Notes under the pieces: model-generated | The model's database searches: none | What the model was told of the DNA's origin: nothing | The model's input: the letters and a program-made list of their open reading frames with translations, nothing else | Part shown: piece after piece, positions 25,525-38,731 of the stretch | How positions within the stretch are numbered: position 1 is the stretch's first letter | Layout: the number at the start of each line of letters is the position of its first letter | Source: Basidiobolus meristosporus CBS 931.73 | Taxonomy: Eukaryota; Fungi; Basidiobolomycota | Assembly: GCA_002104905.1 (NCBI GenBank) | Contig: MCFE01000069.1 | Location: forward strand, 1-64,000 | Reading direction: 5' to 3' | DNA: 64,000 bases | Program-made: the position numbers and the translations under genes

Positions 25525-26187
25525 ATGCTCTCTCGCTTAGCTCCTCCTCAGCCCATTGCCACCGGGTCTGTGGTCCCCTCTTTGGAGGATCACCCAGATA
25601 TCACTGGCCTTATTGCCGATGTTGTCTACAACATAATCCATGGCAGTAATACCTGGGGCTCTTACTCTGCCAGCCCGTCTTTCCGGAACTACGCCAAGGA
25701 AATTATGAGGAAGCTCTATATCAGCTCAGCTTCCATTCTTCTCAGCGTTAAATATCTCCACCAGTATAAGATTGGCAATCCCATGGCGAAACCAGAAGCT
25801 GGACATGAATACCTTTTGTTTACAGTAGCATTGATGACGGCTGCGAAATATCATGATGACCTGGTTTATACAAACAAGACATGGTCCGATGCCTCCAGCT
25901 TCCCTCTACAAGTGCTAAATTTTGTTGAGATGGAATTCTTGACCGCGCTGCGCTATGACCTATACCTTCAACCTGAAGAATACGATCAGTGGCTCTGTAT
26001 TCTTCAACAGAATTTGGGTGTTGCCGCTCAGGCTCGCGTCTGGGATACCCAACCAACACAAGCACCTTGTGGATGTCGATTGACTGCCAAAAACGAACTT
26101 GTTGCATGTAACAAGCATACTTGCAACAGAAATCGTGCTCATGAAAACTTCCACCGCCACCAACCACTGCAGTCTTATCTCTTGTAA
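25525..26187 (+). CDS. Pho80/Pcl-family cyclin
   Basis: Cyclin box LFTVALMTAAKYHDDLVYTNKTWS..LNFVEMEFLTALRYDLY. The start ATG is uncertain because the ORF is open from 25372. Confidence 0.85.
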   Translation: MLSRLAPPQPIATGSVVPSLEDHPDITGLIADVVYNIIHGSNTWGSYSASPSFRNYAKEIMRKLYISSASILLSVKYLHQYKIGNPMAKPEAGHEYLLFTVALMTAAKYHDDLVYTNKTWSDASSFPLQVLNFVEMEFLTALRYDLYLQPEEYDQWLCILQQNLGVAAQARVWDTQPTQAPCGCRLTAKNELVACNKHTCNRNRAHENFHRHQPLQSYLL

Positions 26188-27397
26188 ATATCGTTCTATA
26201 CTATTAGCATTTTCCCTGAAACATAATCTATCTGGGTTTGAAGTATCGGTGTATGTTTATCAGTATGTTTTCACACTCGTTCACTACCCAACATCCACTT
26301 ATTTTCTCCTTAAACCTACTGGAGTAGCCATTAGAGTAGAAATAACGCTTGCGAAGATGTTACAACTTCAGGTCGTCCATTTGTTGATCTTGAATGCTTG
26401 ATCGTTGTTTTCATCCATTCGTTCATTCATATATTTTGTGTACTAGTTAGTCAAGCGCATATAGTTATTGAATGAAAAATTAAAATCCATCACTTGTCCC
26501 AGTAACCAACGCAAACCTAAGGGGCTCTAGGGACTATCTAAACCCGGTTTACATTCCTTCGAATGAGGACGTTGTGTGACATCCAATTAGACCGATGTCC
26601 TATCAACTGTTTGGGAGATCAGCTCCTGTCAAGTGCCATGCTGTTAGAAGAAGCGCCTCTGTATTGTCAACTCTGCATGTTAAGGCTATCACCTAGGTTG
26701 AATAGGTCTCTGAAGCCCTTGCATACGAAGTTGATTGGGCTCGTGTATCCATTGACCAGCTCCCGCCTATGTAGTCGTCCCATCTACTTAATATATACAT
26801 ATGATGGCTTAACTCCCTACGTTGATTAGTTCCTTGGCCACACCAATGTGATACCAATCATATCCTGGTTGGAATGAGGCTAGTCGAATTAATAGAGATG
26901 TGATGCTGTGGTTATTTGTATGCATGGCCATCTGAGCTTGCTTGTCATCGATCGATATCAATCCAGCCAGAGCCAAGCCATATGCCTACACAAGGTACCT
27001 TGCTCCCCAACTATTTGTTGGACAACTCTGCTGGAGGGGTGAGAGCGTCTGTTGTGATTGGTGGAGATGCAGAAAGGATTCGCTTTCCAGCAACTGAACC
27101 ATTTGCAATAAATAAATGAATGTAGGCAATGACTGCATTCATTGAAGTCTATCAACATTGTTCAGTATTTGGACTGCACTAACTTGAATGCACGAAATGT
27201 ATGTAGTAATTCCATTGTTAAATTCGTATAAACTAATCACACAAAGAAGTAATAACTATATCCTTTTAAAATACACTACCAATCAGATTAGGAAAAGAAG
27301 GTCACCATAAAGTCCAGCATCCATGCATCTTACCCTGTAGAAACCTGGCGGTGAAACAAAAGAGAATGGTGGATATTGCATAGTGTAGATGGCAGAT

Positions 27398-28793
27398 TCA
27401 TGAAACATCCGGATAATAAAATGGAAGTACACCAGGTACGTTGACCAAAAGCTCCGGGTATCTGGCTTTGAGTTGATCCGGGAATCCTCTGGATAGATGA
27501 ATACAGCCCAGCGCATTGATTAGCTTCAATTCTTTGCAACTCCTAACCAGTTCCCATACGGCCACCTCGCCTACGCATTGGCAGTATGAGATATTCAGCA
27601 CCTTCAATCGAGTACAGTACACGGCAAGCGCCATGATTCCAGTGTCGCTAATTTGAGCACAGTTGGTAAGATCCAACGCTCGCAGCTCTCGACAATTTCG
27701 GGCCATCTCCACGAAACCGAAATCTGTGAGTTGTGAGTTCCAGCTGACTGAAAGATGAGTTAGCTTCGGGCAGTGCTTGCTCAGTTTTGTCAGCACTATA
27801 TCCGTTCGCCCGCCACCGGCCAGGTTTAGGGAAGTGAGGTTGGAAAGCCAAGGAGCAAGTCGCTGTAGGTCGAAGTTTTTTACCCCTTTACTAAATCCAA
27901 GGTCAAGCCTCTGCAAATTGGTCCGCACGATAGGGATCAAACGAACTAGATATTGGGACAGTGTTGTACTGTTCCGGTAGACCTCATCCAATTGAGTGAA
28001 ATCAATGGTACGAACTAATGAGGCGTATCGTCTGGAAGCTGTTGATGCCCGTTCGTGATTGGAATTACCCGAGGAATGGAGAGACAGTGAGCTGTTTGCG
28101 GATAGTATTGAGGAGATAGATGCCATGGATGTGTCGGATGAACTGGAGCCATTGGATGTTATGCTAATGCTATTATAAGGAGAAGATTGTAGTTCCTGGT
28201 GTGTACTAAGGTCTATATTGAGCGCGGAGATGAATTTTTCAACCGAACTAAGGGAGGTGAATGTCGGTTGACGCCACAGAATGGTATATGCTATATAGCT
28301 CCACTGTTTACATACATGAGCACAAGCCTTTAGGGAGTCTTGCGAACAGGAGAGGTACAGAAATATTTTATAAAGTAACTCCGGAGCAAAGTACTGATAC
28401 GTTGGTGTGTATCTGGGAGGAGAGTCCAGATTTATAAGTGAGATATTTCTAGAAAAAAGTAGGTTAACCTTGGTAGAAATAGATTCAACAGTTTCGTCTT
28501 TAAAACCAAAATCCTTTGCTTCAGAGGTCAACGAATTATCGCTTAAATCATACGATAAGGACCCAATAGACAAGTCCATCAAACTCAGAGGCGAAGATGG
28601 GGGAGTGGGTATTCTATGTTTGAAAGCAGATTGTGAGGCTTCCTCGGTTGAATTCCTATCGAGCTAAAAATGAAAATGTAGGTTATTTCTAAAAGGAAAC
28701 AACCGAATAAAGCCCTGGCATCTTCCATACCTCGAAATCGTCCCTAGTGGTACTTGCTATTCCTGGCATCTCAATATTCTTTGGCTTGGGCAT
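27398..28793 (-). CDS. F-box / leucine-rich-repeat protein (FBXL/Amn1/Grr1-like); exons 28793-28731 and 28663-27398
   Basis: F-box PELLYKIFLYL..LKACAHVCKQW; cysteine-containing LRRs (CPKLTHLSVSWN, CRELRALDLTNCAQISDTG); in-frame upstream exon via a GTATGG..TTTAG intron. Confidence 0.85.
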
Positions 28794-30819
28794 GATACAG
28801 CGAGCGGACTTTAGATAGGCGGACAGGCAGTTGGTTGTTGAGCGTCACAATTGTCGCTACAGAGGGTGTACGTATAATATAGAGAGATAGTCAAGAATAT
28901 TGGGCTGTAGAAACAAGAGCAGTGACCTCGTAGAAAGCAAACGAGGAACTAAGGAAAGTGAAGTCTATCCTCAGACGGAATATAAAAGAGGAACAAAAGG
29001 ATTATTCAGTAGCAGAAACTCAAAAAGAAGGGGAAGTAAAAATTATACGGTCAGGATAAGCAAAATACAGAATACGGGATATGAGGCTTTGTGGGTGTAT
29101 GCAGAAATACGCAGTTTCCTACAACTTCATACAATTAACGGACAAAATATAGCATTTGAATCCGATAAATGAGATCATTTAGTAACGTAGCCTCTATATC
29201 AAGATAGTATTAATTCTGTCGTCTGCGTTGCTGGAATATTTTGACATGATTCATAAATAGGCATAAAGGCGTTTGAATAATTAAACGGTCACCCTAAGCA
29301 ATACCTGCCTGCCAGATAAGGAATTCACCTAACCCCTCACTGTGTTTGGTTGAAGATTCTGAATATCTGTGTTACATTTTGAAATGAGTTATCCACGCCC
29401 GTAATTCAACATTCTGGGTGCACCTACGCTGGCTCGGTGATTGGTGAGTATCCTCGTAATAGAGACACAATCAAGGGACTTCTTTTTTTGTACATTTCAA
29501 TTTGATTATATCCGGATCTTCTATGAATTAGGTCGAAGTGGCCCAGATTACAATGTTCCAAACCATCTCGGCACTGAAGATGTGAAGACAGTTGAATTTT
29601 CCTTAGAAACCGCCATCTCTAGGGTAGCACAATGTTCTAAGCAACGACCAGATTTTGTACTATTTGGCTTGGATAATCTCAGGCAGGCCGCTGTGACGTT
29701 ATGCCTCCTCTGTGTAGAAGACATAAAATACAATCAAGGGGAACGTCTCGAGGCCCTGCTCCCTCACCACTTTTGCCGTCGGATGATGTTTTATAGGCAG
29801 GCCATATTGTATGAAGATTAAGTCGTACTTAGTAATCAATCCAAACAGTGTTGATGGAGAAGGTGGCATAGCATGCTGCTCTCAGATGATCGAACCAGTC
29901 TATGACTACTTTTACTAGGCACCATCTTGATGACTTAAGATTAGATAGGACGGTTTGTGCAAACAATGCGGATTCTGACGTACCCAGCATTCGAGACATG
30001 TTTAATACGACAGGAGGTGGTGGTCTTGGCCTGTAAATGTACAAGTGATTCTTTGCACAGTTTAAGCAGATACCTATCTGAATCGTGTGGTGTTTTCTAT
30101 CGCTCTAGCAACTGCGATTAATCGGTAGAAAGTCAACAGATAATACGTGCTGAGCATCCACAGAAATAAATGAATGCAACTTACCTTTGGATGCATCGAT
30201 ATGATATCGCGCAAAATACGTCGCTTTTAGAAAGCTCATGGCAAACGAGGTGATCCGGTGTAATCCTTACACCGCTTGTCTGAGTGGCTGCAGCCTCTTG
30301 TGGTAACTACCATTCTGATATCATCGAATCATCCACTTGTGAATGCAAAATTCTGACTCCATATCAACATCGTCCACTCCAGCTTTTGTAACTTGTGCAT
30401 ACGTTATGGCATCGAATCATGTTACGCTTGTTAGGCTGCATAGCATTAAGGGAATAATCTTTTTGAATCAATATATACTACTCGTTCATTGGTGGGATTC
30501 CCACCATTTCAATTTCACGCAGCAACATCAAATTACTAGAATAATATTTAATGAAGTGCCCCTTACACTGTACATCAGATGATAGTTGCATCACATGATA
30601 GAAATTCGATTCAATTGGCTCCACATTCGAAACATCTAAAAAATGTTTATGTTTTAAGGCGGAATAGTGACAGATCCAGCTAAAAGGAGCCTAGGATCAA
30701 AAAGAGCTTTTGGAAGAAACACAATTACAGTAATCCTTTGTTCTTTTGTTCCATTACCTCTTCTTCAAGCACCCTTCTCAGCTCAAACTTTTGGTTATTT
30801 ACTTAGCCAAGCCGCGAAC

Positions 30820-32067
30820 ATGGACACGACTTCCAAGAGTCTATCCAGTATTCCTACTCACGGTACACTTACTGGACAGACAAACCATCTAGCTTCCCCA
30901 CTTTCACTTCGCAGCTCTCCTTTTCGCCCCAACGCGTGCCCAATATGTAGGCGTTGTCTGACCTGTGCAGAGGGTCAATCGGGAAACGATTGTAGCTGCC
31001 CGCCTCAAGAGGTGAAATGGAATAGAGCGCGTTTGCAAAGCGGTTTTTTAGATTTTCGCCACAAAATCATTGCACCCACGAAACCAAATGGCGTACTACT
31101 CATTCAGTGGCTTAACGCGAAGGCTGGTCAAAACATCAGGTGGGGCGAGGAAATCAACGAGGTGAACATCTGTGTTCGCTGCAACTCGCACTGGATGAGA
31201 TACAAAAAAGGTAAGGAAACGTCGCCATATAGGTCCAAGGTTCCCAAACTTACTCTTCCCCTTTCTAAGCTGCCAACGCCAACAGCGTTGCGGAGTGTGT
31301 TACACGACTCCAGGCTAAATACAGTGGACTATGTAGCGAACACCCGACTGGCTGCTATATCAACGGAGATAGACATATTGCTTTGGATTCGAAGCTATAC
31401 CATCAATGGGCTCAACACATTGTAAAATTTATTGCGATTTACATGCTATTTAAGACTTCATAAACTTATCGGCGTGTTTTTTTAGGTAAATGGACAATAC
31501 AATGCTACAGAGGAATATCTTCCGGAGCTACTGGATGCATCGATGGATTCTGTGGGTAGTCAAGAAAGCTCCTCGCCTGCTATGGACCTGTCATTAGGAA
31601 GCATCAAAAGAGTGGACCCACAGACACCAGTTCAGATTCTTCCGAAAAAGAATAAGCTCACACACACCCCAGTCGACACCAACAACCGGACGATGTCACC
31701 AAACAGTGAGAGTTTGACATCACCAACCATGACTGGTGAGCCGGGCAAAGTATTTTCACCAACCCTTGGATCAGCAAATCGATCACTGTTCGGACCAGGC
31801 TCCGTTAAAACGGTATCGGTGCGTTCAGAACGGAAAACCTACAAAGGTAGAGTAGCAGTGACGGAATCCACCACGTTTGAATCAGTTATACGATTTGCAA
31901 TTCCATCTCCGCCGCCAAATGGGATGAAAATATGCATATGGAGTCAAGATAAATCTGTCGAATATATGCCGGATAGCTTGGTTATAGAAACCATTAAAGG
32001 TGTTGATCACGCAGAACTGATTATTACTCTAGAGCCAACCCAAGGAGTAGACTTTGAAAATTTCTAA
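30820..32067 (+). CDS. Uncharacterised ~374-aa protein with two Cys/His clusters and a C-terminal ubiquitin-like candidate; exons 30820-31210, 31270-31421, 31486-32067
   Basis: Two GT-AG introns give one open frame: CPICRRCLTC..CSC..CVRC, then CSEHPTGCY..HIAL..WAQHI|VNG, then a beta-grasp-like C-terminus. Confidence 0.7.
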
Positions 32068-33945
32068 ACCGAATTTCTTAGTATTTAATTGACACAATCA
32101 CATCATACTGTGTGAAGTAATATAGGGCAATATGTCTTGCCCTGAGGTTTAGTATGGAGATTTCCCCTATTTAGTTTTGGTTCGTTTGTAGATTTCTTGG
32201 TTTCCTTTGCCATTTACTTTCTTGCTTTGTTCTTTGTCAATGCTTCGCAGATCGGTTGGTACTTTCTTTTTGAATAATAAATGTAGTCTTCTAAAGCTGG
32301 AGTCCATCCCCGCCTGGCTATCCTGGACTTACGTGGGCCTGAGCCTTTTTTCACATACGATCACCCATCGATTGCCGGTATGCTCCAAGCAAAAAATGGG
32401 GCAGTTGATTCTGAGGGTGTTCAGGGTGATTAATATGGAGTTTAATATATACGGGCCATATAATATTATTGAAATCCATTGTATTCCATGTCCGCGACTT
32501 GGGATTTGTAGATACCCCCTCCTTACCCCTAACGGAAGCCAATTGTGATTGACTACATCCGACGAAAAATTAATATAGTAGCCATCGCACCAATGATTGG
32601 CTTAGTGTACTGGCTGCCCTCAATGATGAGAAATTTGTTTCAATACAAGGGCAGTGAATGAAAATGCTACAAATAGTAGGAATTTGGGGGGGGAGCATTT
32701 GAATCACATACCCACGCTCAGATCTCATTCAACTCCAGCCCTCCATGTGATAGGACAGCATGACTAGGAAAAGGTTCATTGTTTCGGTGGGTGAACTTGA
32801 GCGGGGGTCGTTGATTGCTTCTCAGGTGTTCAGGCAATCCGATATCGCACTCGTGATTTTGCCATAGCATACCCGATTCTGAGTTTGTACGACGCCAATC
32901 TCAGTGATTCCATTTGATTCAGTCACACCGGCCCAGAGTTTCGCGTTATTAGCAACCAGGTTGCTTTCCTAAACAGTGGTTGAATAAACGTATTCAAACT
33001 ATCTATCGGCTAATTATCTAATCAATTCAATAGGCTACCTCTCGCCATTCTTTGGCGATTCAGGGGTCTGCACAAGTCTTCAAGTCATCCAATCAGATAC
33101 GACTTGTACAAGTTAGAGCTCACCAACGATGCATCCAATCGAATCAGCTAGGTTATCAATACTATTGGATGGGGGCGCCTTACAAATTACCATTCCTACC
33201 GGGGTAAAAATCACGGACGCGCATAGTTTGTAGCAAGTACCTTGCACAGTGTGCACGTTTTACCAGCGGTATTGGCCATTACGTAGTTCGTGGTTGTCAT
33301 CGAAGCATTGGATTATCCATTGTTGCTTTTTGGCAGCACATATGGGGACAATCGGGCTCCATGAGATGTGGGATTGCGTTGTCATGACTCAGTCGAGCTT
33401 TGTAAGCCCACATTCATTTCGATATCGATACTGATGGTAGGCTCTTGCACTGATATGGTAATCGGCAACTCAAAGTTGTATTTCCCCATGTTGACCTGAA
33501 GAACTATCTGAACTATAATCCCATTGAGCTATCCGCTGGAACAGCCAAGGATCCGATCTCCTTTGTCTCCTCCATCTTGGTCTGGTTGCTAACCTTTAGG
33601 GGCAGCTGCCTTCCCAATACGATTCGAGCTAACTATTATCACCCAGGATCTGTGCCGTGTGTACCGATGAAATATCATTACTGGTGCCGTTGAGCTCCCA
33701 CAAAGCCAAGGCGTGCGACTTATGCTTAAGAGTGTTATTGTAAATACATAAAAACGCGGCTAATCTAGTGGGGTTGTATAGACTGGTGTGTAGGGTGGGA
33801 GTAATACATTCCTTTTTACTCTCAACAAGTTTCTGACCTATGATCGGAGGAGATTAGGAGTTAAGGTGTCGCTACAGATGGATGACTTGATTTACAGTGA
33901 AATGTTCAAACCATTGGGTCAATGGATAAGGTTATCATAAACTAA

Positions 33946-35439
33946 CTAAATAGGCCTACATAAATCCAGTTTGTGTAGTACCTCATCAACCACTGCTTCC
34001 TCAACATCGGTGCCAAAATAATGCGCATTGTCTGGGCTAACATCCAGCATGGAGTAAGTGATCTCAAAGGAGTTCATAGTGCGGATGCCTTTGGAGCGAG
34101 CCATATTCTCCGCAAGACGATTCCAATTCTTTAGTCTATTAATCGTGCGCCAATCACCACGTTTCTTCGAATAAATGTTCTTCATAGAAAAGGCGTGGAT
34201 TCCTTGCCATACCAGACGCAGCGGCTTGTCCTTGGGCCGTCTACTTTGCACTCCAACGAGAAAATCGGTTGCGTTGTCTAGAACGTTTAAGAATCTGTCG
34301 GTGGTCCAGTGACCACCAAACACGAGACCGGATGCCGGCCACTGGGCAAAATTAAATACGATCGTATCGTATTTCATTAAGTAAGCGTCATCTCTCGACA
34401 CGATATCCTCCAAGAAGACGTCTTTGTGGTGCCAGAGAACAACATTCCCTATCTCCTTCCTCATATCCAAGAACTTTTCCATCTTGACTATTCTTGCTGT
34501 AGATCCATCCAAGCGTCGCCATAAATTATCGTACATAACCCGGATTTGCGAATCCCCAAAAAATAATATAGATCGGGGATTCTCTAAGCATCCCGAAGAA
34601 TCCACTCCACGGAACTTATCGGGATAGCTGCAGTCTGACGGTTCCCACAAGTATCCCGAGGTCGACAGATTCTGAGCTATGTTTGCGCTTGCTGGTAACC
34701 AGGAGCCATGCGTTGAGCCTTCTCGGTCGCATTCTTGTGTCTCTGGTATATTTTCGCGTACAGAGCCATTTGATGTGAGGGTTGGGCAGCCTGGGCAGAT
34801 CTCCATCTGATGTCTCGATACCAGAGTGGAGTCTAAATAGGGAGGCCAGTCTTGGAACACCTCATTCACACCGTCGTAATCTTTATACACATGAAGTATA
34901 TTCAGAAAGACCGTTCCGGCGTTGGAGAATTGATATGGGAATTTGTATTTACAGCCATCTTCATAGCTCCATTGATAGATTGAGTACTTTTCTGCACCAG
35001 TGAAGTTCACGTAAAATGAGTCAGGGCCATCCAAAGTGTGAAACTGCTCGGTGAAGGTAGGGTTATTCGATATCGCAATTGCCTTCGCTTTCTCACAATA
35101 TCCTTGATCAGTTCTTTCAATGAGGATGTAGCCGGAATTACAGCTATCACTCGCTTGGCAAGCAGAGATACGGAAGTCGGTTGAGTTAGTGAGTATGCTG
35201 GCGCATGTATACACTTCGCTAGGCTTGGTAATTTGCTTGATTTGATTGCTAGGGCAACTGTAGTCCTTTGAGCTACTCTCAACGCCAAGATCGTCGGGCA
35301 TTGGGCTGCGAGGAAGGAAGTAATACCCGATAGATATTAGCCAAACAAGGGTCAATGCTACGTACAGGAGGCGGGTTCTTCGAAGGATCACCCTTCTTGA
35401 GGGAGTACTAAGCTTATTTGATTCTAAAGCCCCGTCCAT
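33946..35439 (-). CDS. Type II membrane SGNH/PC-esterase (TBL/Cas1p/NXPE-like) glycan O-acetyltransferase or esterase; intronless
   Basis: TM LLYVALTLVWLISIGYYFL, WEPSDC motif, catalytic FFGDSQIR and C-terminal DNAH (DxxH). Confidence 0.78.
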   Translation of the reverse strand: MDGALESNKLSTPSRRVILRRTRLLYVALTLVWLISIGYYFLPRSPMPDDLGVESSSKDYSCPSNQIKQITKPSEVYTCASILTNSTDFRISACQASDSCNSGYILIERTDQGYCEKAKAIAISNNPTFTEQFHTLDGPDSFYVNFTGAEKYSIYQWSYEDGCKYKFPYQFSNAGTVFLNILHVYKDYDGVNEVFQDWPPYLDSTLVSRHQMEICPGCPTLTSNGSVRENIPETQECDREGSTHGSWLPASANIAQNLSTSGYLWEPSDCSYPDKFRGVDSSGCLENPRSILFFGDSQIRVMYDNLWRRLDGSTARIVKMEKFLDMRKEIGNVVLWHHKDVFLEDIVSRDDAYLMKYDTIVFNFAQWPASGLVFGGHWTTDRFLNVLDNATDFLVGVQSRRPKDKPLRLVWQGIHAFSMKNIYSKKRGDWRTINRLKNWNRLAENMARSKGIRTMNSFEITYSMLDVSPDNAHYFGTDVEEAVVDEVLHKLDLCRPI

Positions 35440-38038
35440 GCTTTCCGTATATATACAGTGTTCTGGAGTTAAGGAGATACCAAGGTAAGGTGAGCCAAGT
35501 GAAAAGCTTTGAATCGTCAATCCATTGGCCTTCGGACCAACAATTTATATTCGCTAACCTAGCAGTTTCTGAAAGGGTGATGCCCATGCGGTGTCCGGAA
35601 AATCCCATTCTTGGTACACCTTGTATTTTGCCAAATTAGTTCCAGTAGATCTTAGACCATAAACCATTCGGATCAATATTGGATAATTTATGATCACTTT
35701 CGCATTCTCAGCTAGTCTTTGCGGCCCATTTTCAAGGCCAATTTACAGATACGGATGCATTCAGCGGTACCTGGTCATCTGCCAAGGAGTCAAATCATTC
35801 AAGCGCCGCAAATGAGAGATTTCATGATTTACCACTGTGGGATTTCTGTTTACCTACAGTTAAGGAATATTAAGGTTAATCTGATTAAACTATTCTGCCA
35901 TATATGTCATCTGCTTGAATCGGTTGCATTGCAAATGGTGTAACACACGAGTTACCAGCGAGCCGCTGATTAGATACTGGTTCCTATCGTACAAAGTTTT
36001 GTGTCCATGATAGATTAGGACTGCAGGTTACATTACATATGAGAGGGAATCTTGATCTATGACGCGCGTAGGGCATCTTCTAAGCTACGATACATAGAAA
36101 CAGTGATATACCGTTGTCATTGGAAGTAGGAATCTTCATGTTCACAATCACATTCTGCTTGGCTAGGGAAAATTCACCTACTGAAACTTATACGCATCCT
36201 GATGTCAATGGTGTCACTTATTGGGTGGAGGGCCATGTATCGTAATACAACTTAAATAGGTTGCAGGTTCCGGTATTATTGGGTCCTGAAACTCCAAAAA
36301 TCATTCCTCAATAGGATTTATAGCCCCAATATCACCAAGTTGTACACGGACGTTCACTGACTTGAATTATCGTGTAGAATCCAGAAAGCTATAAAGACAC
36401 TTATAATCACTAATCGACCAACAGCATACCATTTATAGCCACGGTTTGACGATACACTTAAATCATTCGAGTTACGTTGCGGATAAACAGGTAATTGAGA
36501 TCAAGCCGTTATCAACAACAGTGGACAATCTCAGGATATGCCGCATCGTCACTTGCGTCGTTTGATTCTGGATCTTTTGAATTCCCTTTCCCTTTTACGC
36601 GTAATTGATATCCCGCTCGAGGGAATGGTTCTGAAGAAAATCCCTGGAACTTTCCAGGGTCTGAAACATGGAAGTAACTCATTTTCCAGCGTGAGCCATA
36701 TGCAACAGCATATTGAGAGAGTTCAAGTGATTATCTGCGTCAGGAACCTTAAACCCAGCCCCAGCATCCCATCGCTTGACATCATTCATGAAAACGGAGA
36801 TAGAACACCGAGCCGTTAAATGAAAATCACAAGATTGTGTTTGCGAAACTACATGTGTTGATCACAAATCCCCTGGCAAGTAAAACCTAGTGCTGGGAAG
36901 ATTGTGATTTTCATATCCAATGTAACAATGTCACCGATGCTATTTGATGGATCTAGCGTATGCAATAATCGTCAACTGGACTGCGCTTGCAAAATATCCA
37001 ATCAACAAAACAAAGAGAAGCCTGGCAGAACGGTTTTCAGCCACCTCATCTTTTCACACAGGTTTCTCCAGCGTACGATAGTCGCAGCATCTCCTACACC
37101 TGGCCCAAGATGTACCCTTCGCCTCTGGAGACTTTTTGTGCAAATATCAACCAACACTTTCAGGGACTGGCGTACAGTCAAATTACTGCAATGTTTGCCT
37201 TTGTTGAGGATAAGGATCAAATATCTTCATGTGTATGTGGCGATACATAGGTTCCTATCAATATAGCTATATCCATAGCAGCCATTTACCAGGGTTTTGG
37301 AGAAATGAGATTGCTTCGAAGTGTCCAATGCGCATTTGGCTTTGCCGAAAATGCTTACAGATGTGGATTTGTTGAGGATTCCTGGGTTTCAGCTACAACA
37401 AGCGATTGATACTGTTGGGCCAAGCCGCACCACACAAAGATTACCGTGCTACAAGCAGGGCAATCCAGCGTCTGCGCTAACTCCAACTTCTATACTCTTT
37501 GGCCTTTCCGTTTGCATCCCTGAGACAAGTAGAGCGTTCACAACGTGATACTGGTGCCTGATGCATGCGTTGATAATCTGAGACGTCTCCCTAACCATCA
37601 CAAGAGTCATGGGTTTCATAAATATTGCTATAATTGCGTCAGAGCATATGGCTAATATTTGCGCTAGCTGGAGCTTCTGCTTGTCCGCCAGTAGAATCTT
37701 ATCGTGGTGATCGACATATACTGAGATAAATCGCTATCATGTTTGTTAACCTGGCTGAAGTGATCATATACCATCATAAGTTGCATAAGTGGTGGAGCAT
37801 CTATTTACCTGATAAAAGAGCATCGCATTAAGCGATGGTATCAATTGAAGCCATCATAATCAAGATAGGTTGTTTTTGGATTACCGTTCCTCGGTTTGAT
37901 AACCTAGATTGACCAAACTCCTTTTGGTTCTACATAGCCTAACCCTGCGAATCCGGATAGGAACGCCATCCTACTGTCCATATTTATGCAGTATTAAATG
38001 ATCATAAGTTCCACAACTTTTACTACGTAAATTGAACC

Positions 38039-38731
38039 ATGCCTACGTATACACTGTGCTTGCTGAACAAAAACTATTCCTCTTGGAGTTGCCGTGCACT
38101 ACTTACTGCTCGTCATGTGAAGCTTCCTTTGGAGGTCGAGATGTTCTATATGGACGACCCCAACTTCAAACAGAAGATCCAGAAATTCAGCCCAACTCTG
38201 AAGGCTCCAGCATTGAAGGTCACCGAAGATTCGGGGCATTCCTACATTATTTGGGATTCCCTGGCTATTCTTGAATACCTAGCAGAGCTGCATCCAGAGA
38301 TACATCCTACAGAGAGAGAGGAGAGAGCTATTGCTCGTTCCGTTGCTGCTGAAATGCACTCAGGATTCCCAAAAATCCGGGAGAAGATGCCGTACAATGT
38401 TCGTGCGCGTAAGGATCTCACCCTCGACTCCAAACGCGATGAGGAATTGCAAAATGAGATCCGAAGAATTGTACAGATCTGGGAGGAATGTAGACTGAGG
38501 ACCCTCAAGAAGAAGTCCAGTGACGATGAAGGCTTCTTGTTTGGGAAGTTTACTATCGCAGATGCCATGTACTTCCCTATCTGTTACCGTTTCCGAACAT
38601 ACAACATCCCTATAGAAAATGGGTATGCTAAAAAGTACATGGAGACAATATTCAATTGGCCCCTTGGTAAAGAATTAGAGCAAGAAGCCGAACAAGAAGA
38701 CCATATCGTAGCCCTTTACGAGTATATTTAA
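38039..38731 (+). CDS. Glutathione S-transferase, bacterial-type NKNYSSWS subfamily, copy 1; intronless
   Basis: NKNYSSWS.R, IWDSLAILEYLAE, ARSVAAEMHSGF, FLFGKFTIADAMY. Confidence 0.92.
   Translation: MPTYTLCLLNKNYSSWSCRALLTARHVKLPLEVEMFYMDDPNFKQKIQKFSPTLKAPALKVTEDSGHSYIIWDSLAILEYLAELHPEIHPTEREERAIARSVAAEMHSGFPKIREKMPYNVRARKDLTLDSKRDEELQNEIRRIVQIWEECRLRTLKKKSSDDEGFLFGKFTIADAMYFPICYRFRTYNIPIENGYAKKYMETIFNWPLGKELEQEAEQEDHIVALYEYI

Noticed and set aside
33320-33345. U6-like 5' word GGCAGCACATAT; also TTAGCATGGCC at ~53289
   Set aside because: Isolated 11-12 nt matches without the ACAGAGA box or the rest of U6.
36100-37260. Possible decayed secreted or amidase-like gene (PLEGMVLKK..GLKHGS)
   Set aside because: Multiple stops and no convincing signature motifs.
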